Below, one piece after another: positions 11,558 through 24,103 of a stretch of DNA of 64,000 bases. Under the pieces are notes generated by a model. It saw only the letters and a list, made by a program, of their open reading frames with translations. It had not been told where the DNA came from and made no database searches. The stretch lies in contig RHPI01000797.1 in the NCBI GenBank assembly GCA_009103225.1, positions 309,064 through 373,063 on the forward strand, written 5' to 3'. How positions within the stretch are numbered: position 1 is the stretch's first letter; the number at the start of each line of letters is the position of its first letter. Made by a program: the position numbers and the translations under genes. The stretch comes from Chlorokybus atmophyticus (taxonomy: Eukaryota > Plantae > Mesostigma and Chlorokybus algae).

Positions 11558-14500
11558 ATGGCTCCTCTTTCCAGACCAACGCCATGTTGCTGCATGATGC
11601 TGCTCGGGCTCCTCGCCTCCTGCCTCTCCTCGGCCTTGGCCACCGCAGCAACCCCCTCCTCCTCCGCTGCCTCCCAACGCAGCATCGACCCCAGGACGAG
11701 TCCGCCGCCTGTGGGCTGCGGATGGAATCTTGCTTGGAGCGATGAGTTTGAAGCCCCACTGGTAGAGCTGTTGTTGGTAGTGTTCTGGTGTTCGTGTTGC
11801 TGGTGTTGGTGTTGTTACTGTTGGTGCTGCTGTTGGTGTTGCATGCACAGCTGTACGCTGCTGCATTTTGGCCAAGCAACAGCTCCAAGCTGAGACGACC
11901 ACACACGAGTCGTGCAAGTGTGGTCGGTGCTTAAACTCCTTGTGTTTGCTTGGGGTACAGCTTGACGGCAGTAAGTGGACGCCCAGTGTGGACTGCTGGG
12001 GCGGCGGCAATGGCGAAGCACAGTGCTACACCAGCAGAAACCAGAATGTCTGGGTTGACCAGGTAAGCTTTTAGCTGTGCTTAACTTCACAGATGGAGAG
12101 ACCATACGTGCATGTGCCTTTGAATGGGTGGTAAGTCTTACTGTGCCTGCTCAGCAAGATTTGCAAAAGATAAGGCAGAGATTATTGGGTTGGGAAGAGT
12201 GCAAGCAATGCATTGTTATGGTTCTGACTGCAGTTGAAGCTCGTTGTCGTAGCAAGCCAGTTGTTGTTGAAAAGCCACAACAACTTGCCTTGTCGCCGTT
12301 GTCGTCGTCATCGTCATCATCGTCGTCGTCGTCGTTGTTGTTGTTGCTGTTGTTGTTGTGGTCGGAGTGGTGACCTTGCTCCTTGCTGCAGGAACAAGGC
12401 CACTTGGTGTTGACGGCCAGGCGCGAGCGCTACAGCACGGATGGCACGGGCTGCACCTCCAACCTTGGCTGCGCTGGCACCCGCGATGTAAGCAGCGCAT
12501 GCAGAACTGTCTATCAACACGCACTGTCACAAACGCACCCTCAGTCACAAGCTCTATGTGTTTCTCAGTACACAAGTGGGAAGGTGACAACTGTTGACAA
12601 GGCTTCATGGCGCTATGGGCTGATAAGCGTGAGGGCTCGCATCCCGAAAGGGCAAGGACTGTGGCCAGCGGTGTGGATGATGCCGCAGACCAGCTCCGAC
12701 TTCGATGGAGACGGCAAGTATGGTCCCTGGGCCGCCAGTGGTGAGATTGACATCCTTGAGACCACTGGCCACAGCACCGACACGGTCCAAGGCACAATAT
12801 TCTACGGTGACAGCTGGCCTCGCCAGGCTTTTCGCACGTCCAGCAAGGTCAGTTCATTGATCGTCTGTGTTGGTGGTGGTGTGTTTGCAGTGGTGTGATG
12901 CTGAGTTGGTTGTGTGCATGTGTGCTCAGATTAAGCTCGCGTGCGTTGAGGACTTCTCGGAGGACTTCCATGTGTACTCCCTGGAGTGGGGAGAACGTAG
13001 CCTCACTTGGTTGGTTGACGGCACTGTCTACTTCACACAGGTGTGTCGCCGTGTACTTGTTCCAGCGGTGATGTTTGCAGTTGTGTTACTATGTTAACAC
13101 ATAAAACATATGTTGACACAACGCTGTTCTGTGCAGTCGTTAGACCGTGTGTTCACTGAGCCTGGTCAAATACCCCACTACACAGCCAAGGGCCAGCCAT
13201 TTGATCAACCGTTCTACCTGCTTCTTAATGTTGCAAGTATGCACTCACACAACTTTGGCCTTGCAATCACCTTGCGTGCTGGTGCATATTGATGCTGTGG
13301 TGCAGTTGGCGGCGCTTATGGCGGGCCAGTCAACCCAGATGATGCGTGGAGCAGCCCTGAACTACGCATTGACTGGGTAACCACAATGTAATCATCTACA
13401 TGCTTGTTGTTGCTTTTCTTGTTAATGGTATGACTCCAACGCTGCTTCACCCTTCACAGGTCAGAGTCTATCAGCGCCCGGACAACGCCTCTCCCACACC
13501 TTTTGACAACGGCCTTACTCTCAAGAGATGTTTTGGCCTGACTCAGAGCACAGCTGGCGCCGCTGTAGCTCCAAGCTGCAGAGCCAAGCCAAACCTTAGC
13601 CTGGTAAGGATGTCATGCTTATGTATATGACCAGATGCTAAACTGACTTCATATGTCGCACAGGCCACTATGTGCGGCGTGATCTCATGGACGTGCACTT
13701 ACGGCGGGGTGTCCTGCGGGTCTCGTGCTGACTGTGGCAGCCCAAGCCTTGCCGCCAATCTCGACTGGGCTGTGAACACATACTACCTGGTGCACAAAGA
13801 AGCCCAGGGCGACGGTGCTTGCGTTTTCGGTGGTGCTGCTGAGACATACTATCCTCGGGTTGAATGTAAGTGGATCCTCTTCTCTGTGTAACATATATAT
13901 GTAAGTGAGTGTACTCTATTATTGTATGCAAACTTTGTGTGCATGCATGCACGCCCGTTTGTCGGCCCGTGGCGGGGGGGGCGGGGNNNNNNNNNNNNNN
14001 NNNNNNNNNNNNNNNNNNNNNNNNNNNNNNNNNNNNNNNNNNNNNNNNNNNNNNNNNNNNNNNNNNNNNNNNNNNNNNNNNNNNNNNNNNNNNNNNNNNN
14101 NNNNNNNNNNNNNNNNNNNNNNNNNNNNNNNNNNNNNNNNNNNNNNNNNNNNNNNNNNNNNNNNNNNNNNNNNNNNNNNNNNNNNNNNNNNNNNNNNNNN
14201 NNNNNNNNNNNNNNNNNNNNNNNNNNNNNNNNGCAGTGTGTGCGTATGCGTGCGTCTTTGTTGGTAGCCCGCACTCCTGCTTTGTGCACGCATGCCAAGC
14301 CCATGCTACAATCATCAACTGTATGACTGTCTGTTTTCTGTGGATGCCCACACAGGTGGCACGCAAGGGACTCCACCAAGACCTGAGTCACCTCCATCCC
14401 CCTCAGGAGGTGTCCGCTACATCAACGTGAACTGCGGTGGGAGTTACCTCCGCGACTTTACGCTCACTCCTTGGAGTGGAGACCGCTATTATGAGGGGGG

Positions 14501-14961
14501 CCACCCGGGGCAGACCTGGCGGCCCATGACCAATTTTTGGAGGAGAGGCGGGCGCGAGTACCTTTTCCAGACCGAACGCTACGGCCGCCAGTTCAACTAT
14601 AGGTGAGTAGTCAATGTAATTGTGTTGTGTTAACACGAGAACTTAGTGCTTGCAGTACGCTACATGTAGTACACTTCATTCGTCCAACTACAGGTTCCCC
14701 ATACCGAGAGGGCAATACGACGTGCACCTGTACTTCGCGGAGTTCTACTGGTCTCGTGTGGGCCAGCGCGTGTTCGATGTGGCGATTGAAGGAGATGTTG
14801 TGCTGTCCAGACTCGACATAGTAAAGGCTGCGGGTGGTCCCTTTAGACCTTACATTGTCAAGTTCACGCCATGGGTTGAGGATGGCACGCTCAATGTGGA
14901 CTTCAAGGGGATTCGTGACAATGCGAAGGTATCGGCCATTCGCATCATCCGCGTGAATTAG
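11558..14961 (+). CDS. Secreted GH16 beta-1,3-glucanase/laminarinase-like protein with X8 (CBM43) and malectin domains
   Basis: 11 phase-compatible exons. Hydrophobic signal (MMLLGLLASCLSSALA); GH16 motifs WNLAWSDEF, YTSGKV, GLWPAVWMMP, WAASGEIDILE, DFHVYSLEW, PFDQPFYLLLNVA; X8-like CRAKP..C..C..C...NTYY..GACVFGG; malectin-like INVNCGG..YLFQTERY..YDVHLYFAE..GQRVFDVAIEG..AKVSAIRI. Confidence 0.9.
13987..14232. other. Assembly gap (N) in an intron of the GH16 gene
   Basis: N-run preceded by a G-rich tract. Confidence 0.99.
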
Positions 14962-15861
14962 TTGACCCAGCTGGTCTCTGTAGACGCACAATTTTCATGT
15001 ACATAGTATATTGCTTGCTAAGTTATGGTGTGTAAAGCGTGTGTAGTGTTGGCCAAGGTGAGACTGTGTATGTATGTAACACTGGCTGAAGGCGTAATGA
15101 GTATAGTAGTAGTAGTGAAGGTAAGATAATATTGATAGCGCAGGCCTTGCTGTAGCAAGTGGCCCTGCTGCAGTAGCTGCAACATTGCAGATGGTAATGC
15201 GTTTTCACTGAGGCACTGACTGTCAAGTGGCTGTGAGAACAAGCTTGTCTGTGGTTGATTGTTGGGTTGGTGCACATCACCAACCATCAACCGTGTGCCA
15301 CAAGGGCGCGGGCAGGGCAGTGTTTCAGCGGACGGGAAAGGTAAATGGGTGTTGTTTGAAATTGCAAGTTTAATTGGCCATTGCTTAGTTGTACCGAATG
15401 GCTGCTTCTATATGCATGCGTCGCCACTCTCTATGGTCCGCCACAAAGTGAGCAAATGTGGCTGACTGATAGCTGTGTAAATGTTCCACGCCATAGATAC
15501 TTTAGCCACGAGCATAGACGCACCGCCTACGTGTTAGTTTTGACACTGCGTCAGGGTGTTATATCGCTAGTGCAGAGAGTAGAAGGCAAGCTGACACGTG
15601 TAATCGACCGCCTTGACTAAGTAAACACAATCGCAATTGTTGGTTCTGTGGTGGTTCTACTGTTGGACATCGGTTCAATTTGCATGCTTACATGCGCATA
15701 AAGCTGCCCGAGCTGCTTGCTTGCTGTGACCAGAACAATGCAACAATGGCACACAACCCCAGCACACAGGTGCCAGGCAACCGACTTTCTGCAAATGCCA
15801 TGGCGGGAGATGTGTGAAAAGAATCATTACAATGCAGCTTGTTCCACACTTGACGTGAACT

Positions 15862-16973
15862 TTAATGCGCGGCTGCAGCAACTGGCTCCTTTTTCTTGCC
15901 ACCAAATGCCTTGAGCGCGCCGTATATGACGACTCCCCAACCCCCCAACACCAGGAATACAATCTGCAGAATGCACCGAAACAGTCAGAATGAGCAATCA
16001 CATGCGCAAAGGTTTTCTATCAGTTGTTTGAGACAAGCGCCGACATGAACCAACAACATTGGTGCGTGCTGCATGCGCGACTGCACGTTAAGCGCAGTGC
16101 ACTGTAGTCACAGTGCAGGTGTCTTTGTGTATTGAAAACTACAGCTTCACAGCAAATGGCCAAGAAACCAACAGCATAACAAGCCATTGTCATTTGCTTA
16201 CGTGCTCTTCCTTCCATTTGGCTATCTGCGTCGGCGCCTCCCACGCGTTCACCTTTGGCTCCTCTCCCGCTTCTGAGAGTTCGGACAGCCAAGCAAAGGA
16301 GAGCAGTCAGTTTGGCATTTATCACAGGTGGCACATCCCAACAAGTGCGTTGGCCACCAGATCACACACACCCGCCAACCTGACATGTGAGCTTGCAATT
16401 GGCAACAATGCACCCTTGTAACAACGTATGCAGTCATGTGTGGGAATGTAGCATACTGGAGTGTACGGTGTCAGTGTGTCAAGTAACAGATGCTGCCCAT
16501 AGTTGCACATGTATATGCGTAGGAAAAGTTGTTGTTGAGAATACAAACCATGATCTTGTAATGTACCTTACCCACTGCGTATATGGAACAAAGGCTGGTC
16601 TGCCATTTGGTGTCCATGCAAGACACTGACTTCAACACAGACAAAATATCAAATAACACAAAGCAACCGAAGGTGTACAACGTACCTCAGGCCGCATTGA
16701 CATTGATGCAATGGACAGACTGTCGGGAATCGGTGTGAGATGAACAACAACATCTACAACAACAAAAACAACAATTCCAACTCAATATGTACCAGAACGA
16801 CGTTTATTGACTTGAGTAGATCTAGGGGTTTCCTCACCTGTGGCATAGCGCCTGATGCCTCCTCTGGGTGCTTGCCCTATCCGTCCAGCAGCGGGCCTTC
16901 CCGCCGCCGCTGTCGCAGTAACACCACCCTGCCAGAGTGCTCGCCGCACCCCCGCCGCAAAAGCAGATGCCAT
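15862..16973 (-). CDS. Small mitochondrial membrane protein, plant complex IV subunit COX-X3/COX7a-like
   Basis: Mitochondrial-type presequence MASAFAAGVRRALW...GIRRYAT, then EAGEEPKVNAWEAPTQIAKWKEEH|IVFLVLGGWGVVIYGALKAFGGKKK. This matches my recollection of the plant PKVNxWxDPxxxxKWKEEH...GWG motif. Three phase-compatible exons. Confidence 0.7.
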
Positions 16974-17260
16974 GACCGCCGCCGCCGCCGATGGCGATGA
17001 CAGCCTCTCTGGCAATGCGCAGGAAAATGGGAGTAGTAACGCGCAACAAATGTCGACAAACCCTAATAAACGCGGTTAAAGATGGTGGTTTGAGCTTTGA
17101 CCATGCTAGCGCGTTCAATTCAGTCAATCGATGAATCATCATTTGGCCTTACAAGTCACTGATTCGCAATCAGAGTTTGAGTTGAGTCGATTCACTGAGG
17201 AGTAACCGCGGTTCAAGTGCTGCAGTGCATTGCTGCTCGCAGTAAATTTTTCGCGCCAAG

Positions 17261-19686
17261 ATGGCGGCGGCGGCGGCGGCGGTGTTTTCAGCAGCGTGGC
17301 TGCAGGGGTGCGTGCTGTCTCCGGTACCGGTGCGTCGTGGGAGGTCTTCTCATAGAAGGAAACCATGTGGTTTGATTCGCTGCTCGGCTGGGCAGCCCTC
17401 CTCTTCCGGCGACAGCAGTGCCCTCACCACTGCGCTCAAGCGCAAGCAAGCCAGCGTTCAGGTTGAGCTGTCGAACTTCTATGAAAAGTCAATCTGTATA
17501 CAATTGTGGAATAGAAACCAATTTGATACAAATAACCGCCTATTGGCTGTCTCACTCACTCTGTTAAGTTGTGTGCACTGTTTACTGCAAGGTTACTGCA
17601 AGGTGAATGCCCAGTCACTGCGGGCTTGTAGCTTTGTTGGTTCAGTCACGTATACACTTGTATACTTTCCTGTTATCGATTGTGGCAATGAGTCGGTGCT
17701 TGCTGCTTGCGCAGGCTACGCTGGCATCTTTGGGGTCGGAAGAAGCGCTGCAGATTAGGCTGGAACAGGTTCGGATGATGACAAGGTGTGCGTCCGGGCT
17801 GCTGCACATTACCATTGCTATACATGGCATATAGGTCACTGCTCATCATGCTCCGTTGTATGACACAACTTCAGCGGTCACGCTGGTCATGCCTGCACAG
17901 GGTACAAGACTGTGTCATAGCGTTGCATGTGGCATAATGTATGCTGTACATTTGTACACACCACATACATCGACCGCATTGCAGAGCAGTGCCATTGCAT
18001 ACGCCAATGCAATCGCACTGCTATCACGTGACCTCAAACATGCATGCCGGTGGGAAGAGGTGCTGACCTGACAGCTAACAACACTGTAAACGCTGTATTG
18101 TCGCTGCTTTAACAAAGCAGCGACAAAACAACTCCAAGAAGTTAGACAGCTTGTAACCAGACATGCTGTGGAAACTTTGCAGGCACGGGCGGGTCCCTCC
18201 CACAGGCTGGTAGACTTGATAGCGGAGAGGTCGCTGCAGGGCAGGACGGTGCTGGTTGTGGAGGCTTCGCGGCGGCACCGGGATGAGCCCTCCGAGGCCG
18301 TCGCGCAGCGATGCGCCGACTACTTGCGTTGGGGTGAGGTGTGGGTGCGCATCTAGCCTCGTGTGATGGCACTTGGACTTGGTGGTTGCGTAAAGGTTGT
18401 TGATGCCGGGTTGTGCTTTCACAGGTGCGGATGCAATTGTGCTGTGCACTGACGAGGAGAGCACAGCTGATGGAATGAAGGACCTTCGAGCTGTGTGTCG
18501 TGGTAAGTGAAGCGCCTGTCTTTACCTTGCCATTGGTTTTTATCTTTCCTCAATCTGTGCATGCATGCACGTGCGTGTGCGCGTGCATGCATGCCTAAAG
18601 GTGGGCGTACATGTGTGTGCATGTATGTATGCATGTGCGTGCATGTGCGTGTGTGCGTGCCTTTGGAGTGTATGTGCGTGTGCATGTCTCTGCGTACATA
18701 TGTGTCTGTGAGTGTGCATGCTTGTCTGAAACTCCTCACTTGTTATGGGCAGCTGCACGTGGGAAGCCTGTGATCCGCCGAGACTGGATGCTGCACCCGA
18801 TACAGGTATGCTACCATATGGTCGTCACCATGTCACATTGTCCCCATCTCTCGTGTGCACACATGCCAGACTCTTGCAGCCCGACGCAGGTGGTGGAGAC
18901 CTCCGAGTGCGATGCTGTCGCGGTCACCCTGGTCACAGCCGTGCTGAACAAAGGTGCGATTTGCGTTATTTCGCAGTCACGCATGCAACATGTACAGTTG
19001 GGGTGTAGGTAAAGTCTCTGAATACCTTTCTGGGTCTGGGTCCTGTAGGCCTCAAGCCCATGCTTCAATACACGCAGAACCTAGGTGTGGATGGTGTGGT
19101 TGAGGTAATGATACATGCACATGCATATCTTGTTGTGCTGTCCTGGTCAGCTCTTCAGTACGCATCAGTTGTGCAGCTGATTCGCTACATCGATTCTCAC
19201 AGGTGGTTAACATGCAAGACTTGGAGGCGGCGCAGAACGCCGGCGCATCGTTGTACGGCATCAACCTATCCGTCGCCCTCTCGGTGAGTGTATGCCTAGT
19301 GAGCGCTGCACATCCATGTCTTGGTAACAAGTCACAACCTTCTACTGAACAAGCGTATGCAGCTTTCAATTCCGGGTTTTCGACACCAGATGGCTGTGTC
19401 GCTGCTGGAGAAAATGCCATTTGGTGCCGGCAGCATAGTGGTAATGCAGTTTGTTTGCACATTGCCTGCTATGTTGGACACAACAGGTTCAAACGTGCAT
19501 CACTGCTAAACTGTTGTAATCTATGCACATCTGCAGGGTGTATCAAGTGTTGAGGAGGCGCAGCAGATGCGGGATGCCAGGGCAGATGCGGTCGTGGTGA
19601 AGAGGGAGGCATTGGATGCTGTGGAGGACGCGCCCGCAGCGCGCATACTAGAAGAGTTGGCGTATAGATTGACTGGGGATGACTAG
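17261..19686 (+). CDS. Indole-3-glycerol-phosphate synthase (TrpC)-like TIM-barrel protein, plastid-targeted, catalytic residues degenerate
   Basis: About 10 exons giving VLVVEASRR, GADAIVLCTD, KPVIRRDWMLHPIQ, GVDGVVEV, GASLYGINLS, ADAVVV, in the IGPS motif order. N-terminal transit-like peptide. Confidence 0.75.
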
Positions 19687-20133
19687 GTAAGCGCAAGTTA
19701 AGCGCACAAGTGACTGCTCCTATTTCGCGCAACAGCTGCATCAGCAAGCTGGCGCTACGCCTGCAAGCACGCTCAGTCGTTCTCAGAATAGCTAGCTTAG
19801 CACATTCAACAGGTTGTACTTGCTGTTGCCAACACTGTGGCATAGTCTGTGTGTTGGAACGTTCAGTTGCTGCAGGTTGGTCGCAGTCAAGAATAAGGCT
19901 CTCGGTGTCGCTGTAAAGGTTGCTTTTTGTTGGAAAAAAGTGATAGCTCGCAAGATCACGCGCTTTGGCCTGAGTGTTGATTTGCTCATTAAGCACGTTG
20001 TAGCTTTCAACAACACTTGTTGAGCACATCGCCTTTGGTAGCAGTCTCAGTCTCGCGAACTGAACTGGTGACTGCGGTTGTAGAATGTCAATGCAGTTGA
20101 TAGAGTATGTAGACATATTTTATTCATCTCTCT

Positions 20134-23100
20134 TCAGAGAATGAAAGAAGGTGATGCAACAATCAACCTCAATGGACTCTTTACTGATGTAATCATAAAG
20201 GTCATGCAAAACGAGGACGGAACTTCATGCCAAAACAAGCATAAGGACGTTGCGTTTTGTTTATGTGGTGTGTACAAATCTTCCGAGGGGCATTAAGCAC
20301 GTGCAAGTCAGTCAGCCCGCACTCACATGCTATGGACAGCTCCACCATGCCATCACCACCACGCTCAAAACTAACAACATATACGACTACTAGCGATACC
20401 CACAACCCACCTCCTGTGTGCAGCGGCTGCAGGCGCAAAGCAATGGCAGTTGGTACGAAGTGTCATGTGTAAGAAGTTGTCACATCACTGTGTATATGTA
20501 CTCCGATGCAGCACAGGTCAGTAGCCATGTGTGGTGCAGCATCCGCGCAGCAACGGTTTGGCACAACAGCAAACCGTTACACCACTCCCGATATCGAGCT
20601 GCAGGTTGTAGTCACGTACGACAGAAGCAATGCCATTACAGCTTGCAGGCATACCCATGTCCGGTGCATATCATACTTTGTGTCAGATGTGCGATGCGGT
20701 TGCGAGCAGCATGCGCTATGCCAATACCCATGTATAGTTGCATGTATTTGTGCGGATATGTTATGTGTCTCTGCATGCTAATACACTTGAGACTGCGACA
20801 GCACGACTGTACTGCTATCCCCTCCATCGGCGCTGCTATTGCCGCTGCTCCCGACAACGGTGGCACCCGAGCCAGGCTTGCCACCATGAGGGGGAGTTGC
20901 TGCTGCCGCCGCCACCACCACCGCCGCCTCCATGCTGCACCGATACACTGTCAGCTCCGGCACCTTCTCCGTGTTGGTGTTATTGTTGTTGTGGACATCA
21001 CAGCAGCCAGGCGCAGCAGCAGCAGCATGCGCATCCTCCCTAACCTCGAGGCGAGGCGCATCAGCCGGTTGCTGCTGCGGCTGCAACCTGGCCTGCTTGT
21101 GGCGGCTTGCATCAGGAGGCGAGTGCGACAGGCACAGATCAAATGGTAATGAGCCCTGCCGCTGCTGCTGCTCTGCGTTGTCTGGAACTTGAGTCAAGTG
21201 CGCACCGGCTGCGGAGCCCTGGAGACAACTGCAAAACACATCAGTGTCATACGTGAGCAAACCGCACAGCGATCCACAAAGAGACAAACAGACAAGCACA
21301 AAACAATGAACTGGGACGCAAGCAATCCAAGTTAGATACAAGCGTGCATGCGCGCACGTTCCAGAAGCATGCAGGATGAGCAGCAACTCCCGTCTACCTG
21401 TGTTTCCTCTTGTGGCCTTCAGCATCTGCAGGTGCCGACGTGTCCGCTGCACCATCTGCTGGCCGGAGCGGGTCAGCATGGACCGCTTGATTATGGTGGC
21501 CATCACCATGTGGCGCCTCTGGTTGTTGCGCCTGGGGCCGGTTGCCACTGCCATTGCCAGACGCAGGGCTGTCATTTGTTTGCGCAGCCTGCACCACGCA
21601 CAAGGCACCCTGTTCAACTGGTAAAACCACCATCAATCACAACTCTACAGCAGCCATGATGATGCACGAGCTTTGTCTCATGCGTTTTGGCGCAATGTTT
21701 GCGTGTAATACCCTGCGAGCATTGGATTTTGGTGACGTGGAGTCGCGCTGACTGGCTGGAATGGCATCAACATCGTCTGGTCTTGCGGCAGTTAAGAGTG
21801 CATCGGCTGGAGTTTGAGGATAAGCCTGGTACACGAATTCCATCAAACATCCCGAGAGCACGCTCAATCAACAAGTTGCCACACATACGCATGCGCACAC
21901 ATGCACTGCTGCATATTATGCATACATACTGGTGCCAGTTGTACCTCTTGCATGGTCGCCACTTCAATGGCAACATCGACAACGGGTCTAACCGTCTGTA
22001 GAGGCTGCTGTGAAGCCTAAGACACAAAGCGCTCTATCAACATTTCTGCACGGCTACAGATTGAAGCACAACCACAAAGCCCACTTTACCGACTTGCAGA
22101 TGCATGTAATGTGTACCTGTGGAAGACTTTGCTGCGGTGCAGCAAGTATTGAGTCATCTGCAGCTGGAAAATTAGGCTGCTCGGCATCCACACTGTGCGG
22201 CGTTGCCTCCAGCTCATCTGCGAGTTGCGAGACCAATTCTGCAACTGAACTGCGCAAAGACGTGTATAAGCAAACACGCAGAGATGGGAGCCGCGAGCGT
22301 CGGTATGCAAAACATACCGAAACCCGGCTATCCCATGGCCTTCACTCAAGCTTGCCACGCGCTTGGCTAGCTCATGCTCAATACGCGACCTGTTGACGGG
22401 CAGCGTGCATCTCATCAGGGAAGCACATGTTTAGATGAAGCGACAATGTCAAAACAAGGAATTGCCAGTCCAACTTTGCAAGTGTAGACAGGCATGAGGC
22501 CTGCGGCTCTCACTCTCCATGATGTACGCGCTTACATGAAGAGCTTGTCCGCAGCAAGTTGCTGCAGCCCCTCTGCTTGCAGTTCCTGAATGCAACTGCA
22601 AGCTTATCAGCTCGCCGGAGAATGACAAACCAACCCTTCAAGCAAACAAAATGATGTGCAATGCCGCAATCAACATCATGCTGGAGGCAAGTTGTGCTTG
22701 CGTACCTGCCAAAGACACTTATTCACGTCGGCATACTGCAGGAGTGTCTCCTGCATAGCCTGCACAAGAAAAGTTAACTCGTCACATGCCGAAGTGAAGG
22801 CTTATCCTTTTGCCGACGACGCACAAGTAATAAATATATATGTACACTTGTCATGTGCATGTCGGACTGCTTAGGTAGGTGATGCCCAAGCGCACAATAA
22901 GAGCCATGCAGCAAGTATGTACATGCCTGCATCGCACTGAACTCCATGTGCAACCGGTCCAGCAGAATAGCACGTGCACGGTTGTTTGCAGACATCGCCT
23001 CACCTGAACACCAAACAAGAAGCATTGATACTACGCATGCTTGGCATGACCGTCAACTCATCACCATTTGCATGCAATGCAGGCTGCCGAAAGCAGTGGG

Positions 23101-23915
23101 CAGACTGGCTCTAGAATGCAAGCCATTCCGATTTCATCATGCAAATGCCTGAAACAGAACCGCCCTTCCCGCATTGTTGACTGTGCGATTAACACAAGCA
23201 ACAAGCTTTGCACACGCATACCAATGACTGGAATCATGGCAGTCACGTATGAAGACTGTGCACACCACGCCTGCTCCCAGCACTGCTGCAGCATCTGGAA
23301 GAGGCATAGACAGACTACGTCACTTACACTTGAGCACAGTGCCGTCAGTGAAATTGGCAGCAATGCGTGAAAGTGTAGCAGCAACTTTGACAAGCTCATA
23401 GTGAAATGGTGAGCTCAGCAAGCTTACCGCAGCACGAGGTGCATGCGTTTCGTAATGCCGCATGAGGCGATCGGCGTTTGTGGCGTGTGACGACAACGCC
23501 AGAAGCAAGGATGCCTCCCTACCGCCCCTCACCCTGATATGACAAATGACTTGTCAAGAACAGCAGTGAGCATGATTGCTTGTATGCACAGTCGAGGATT
23601 GGCAATAACTGCACCATTGCCACATGCAATGTGCAAGCAAGACTGAGACTGCAACCAGCACTGCTTCCACACTTGCAGTCAAGAGGATGGCAAGGAATTC
23701 GTGCTGCGCAACATGCGTGCGACGCAACATGCGTGCGTTTTGCATGAGAGCAACGCACCGGTGCTGCAAGGGCAAGCCAGATGCTACATGCAAACAAGCA
23801 GTAGTACGTGAAGCTGCAGAGCAACAGACTCTGCTCACCTTTTGGCCAGCAAGTCCAACGGCAGCGCAAGCAGCTCGGCAAGCGTGATCGGCGCAGCCGT
23901 CACCCCCGCGGCCAT
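20134..23915 (-). CDS. Hypothetical protein (helical N-terminus, long disordered middle, short hydrophobic beta-rich C-terminus)
   Basis: Chain of spliceable exons: MAAGVTAAPITLAELLALPLDLLAKR|VRGGREASLL..., ELQAEGLQQLAADKLF|ISVAELVSQLADELE..., TVRPVVDVAIEVATMQE|AYPQTP..., GGLWVSLVVVYVVSFERGG. Some junctions and both termini are unresolved. Confidence 0.55.
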
Positions 23916-24103
23916 GCTACGCCGGCGTGCAGCACATCGTCATGTCTACCTGGTTCCGCTGCCGCCTTCTCCTCCCTCCTCCGTCGCCTCCGCCGCTCCA
24001 GCAGCACAAGCTGGTTCCGTTGGCCTGACCAGGCCAGGCTGGGCTGTCAGGCCAGGCCGGTGGCCGGGCTGGCGCGGGGGATCCGGCCAGGTTAGACTGG
24101 GCC

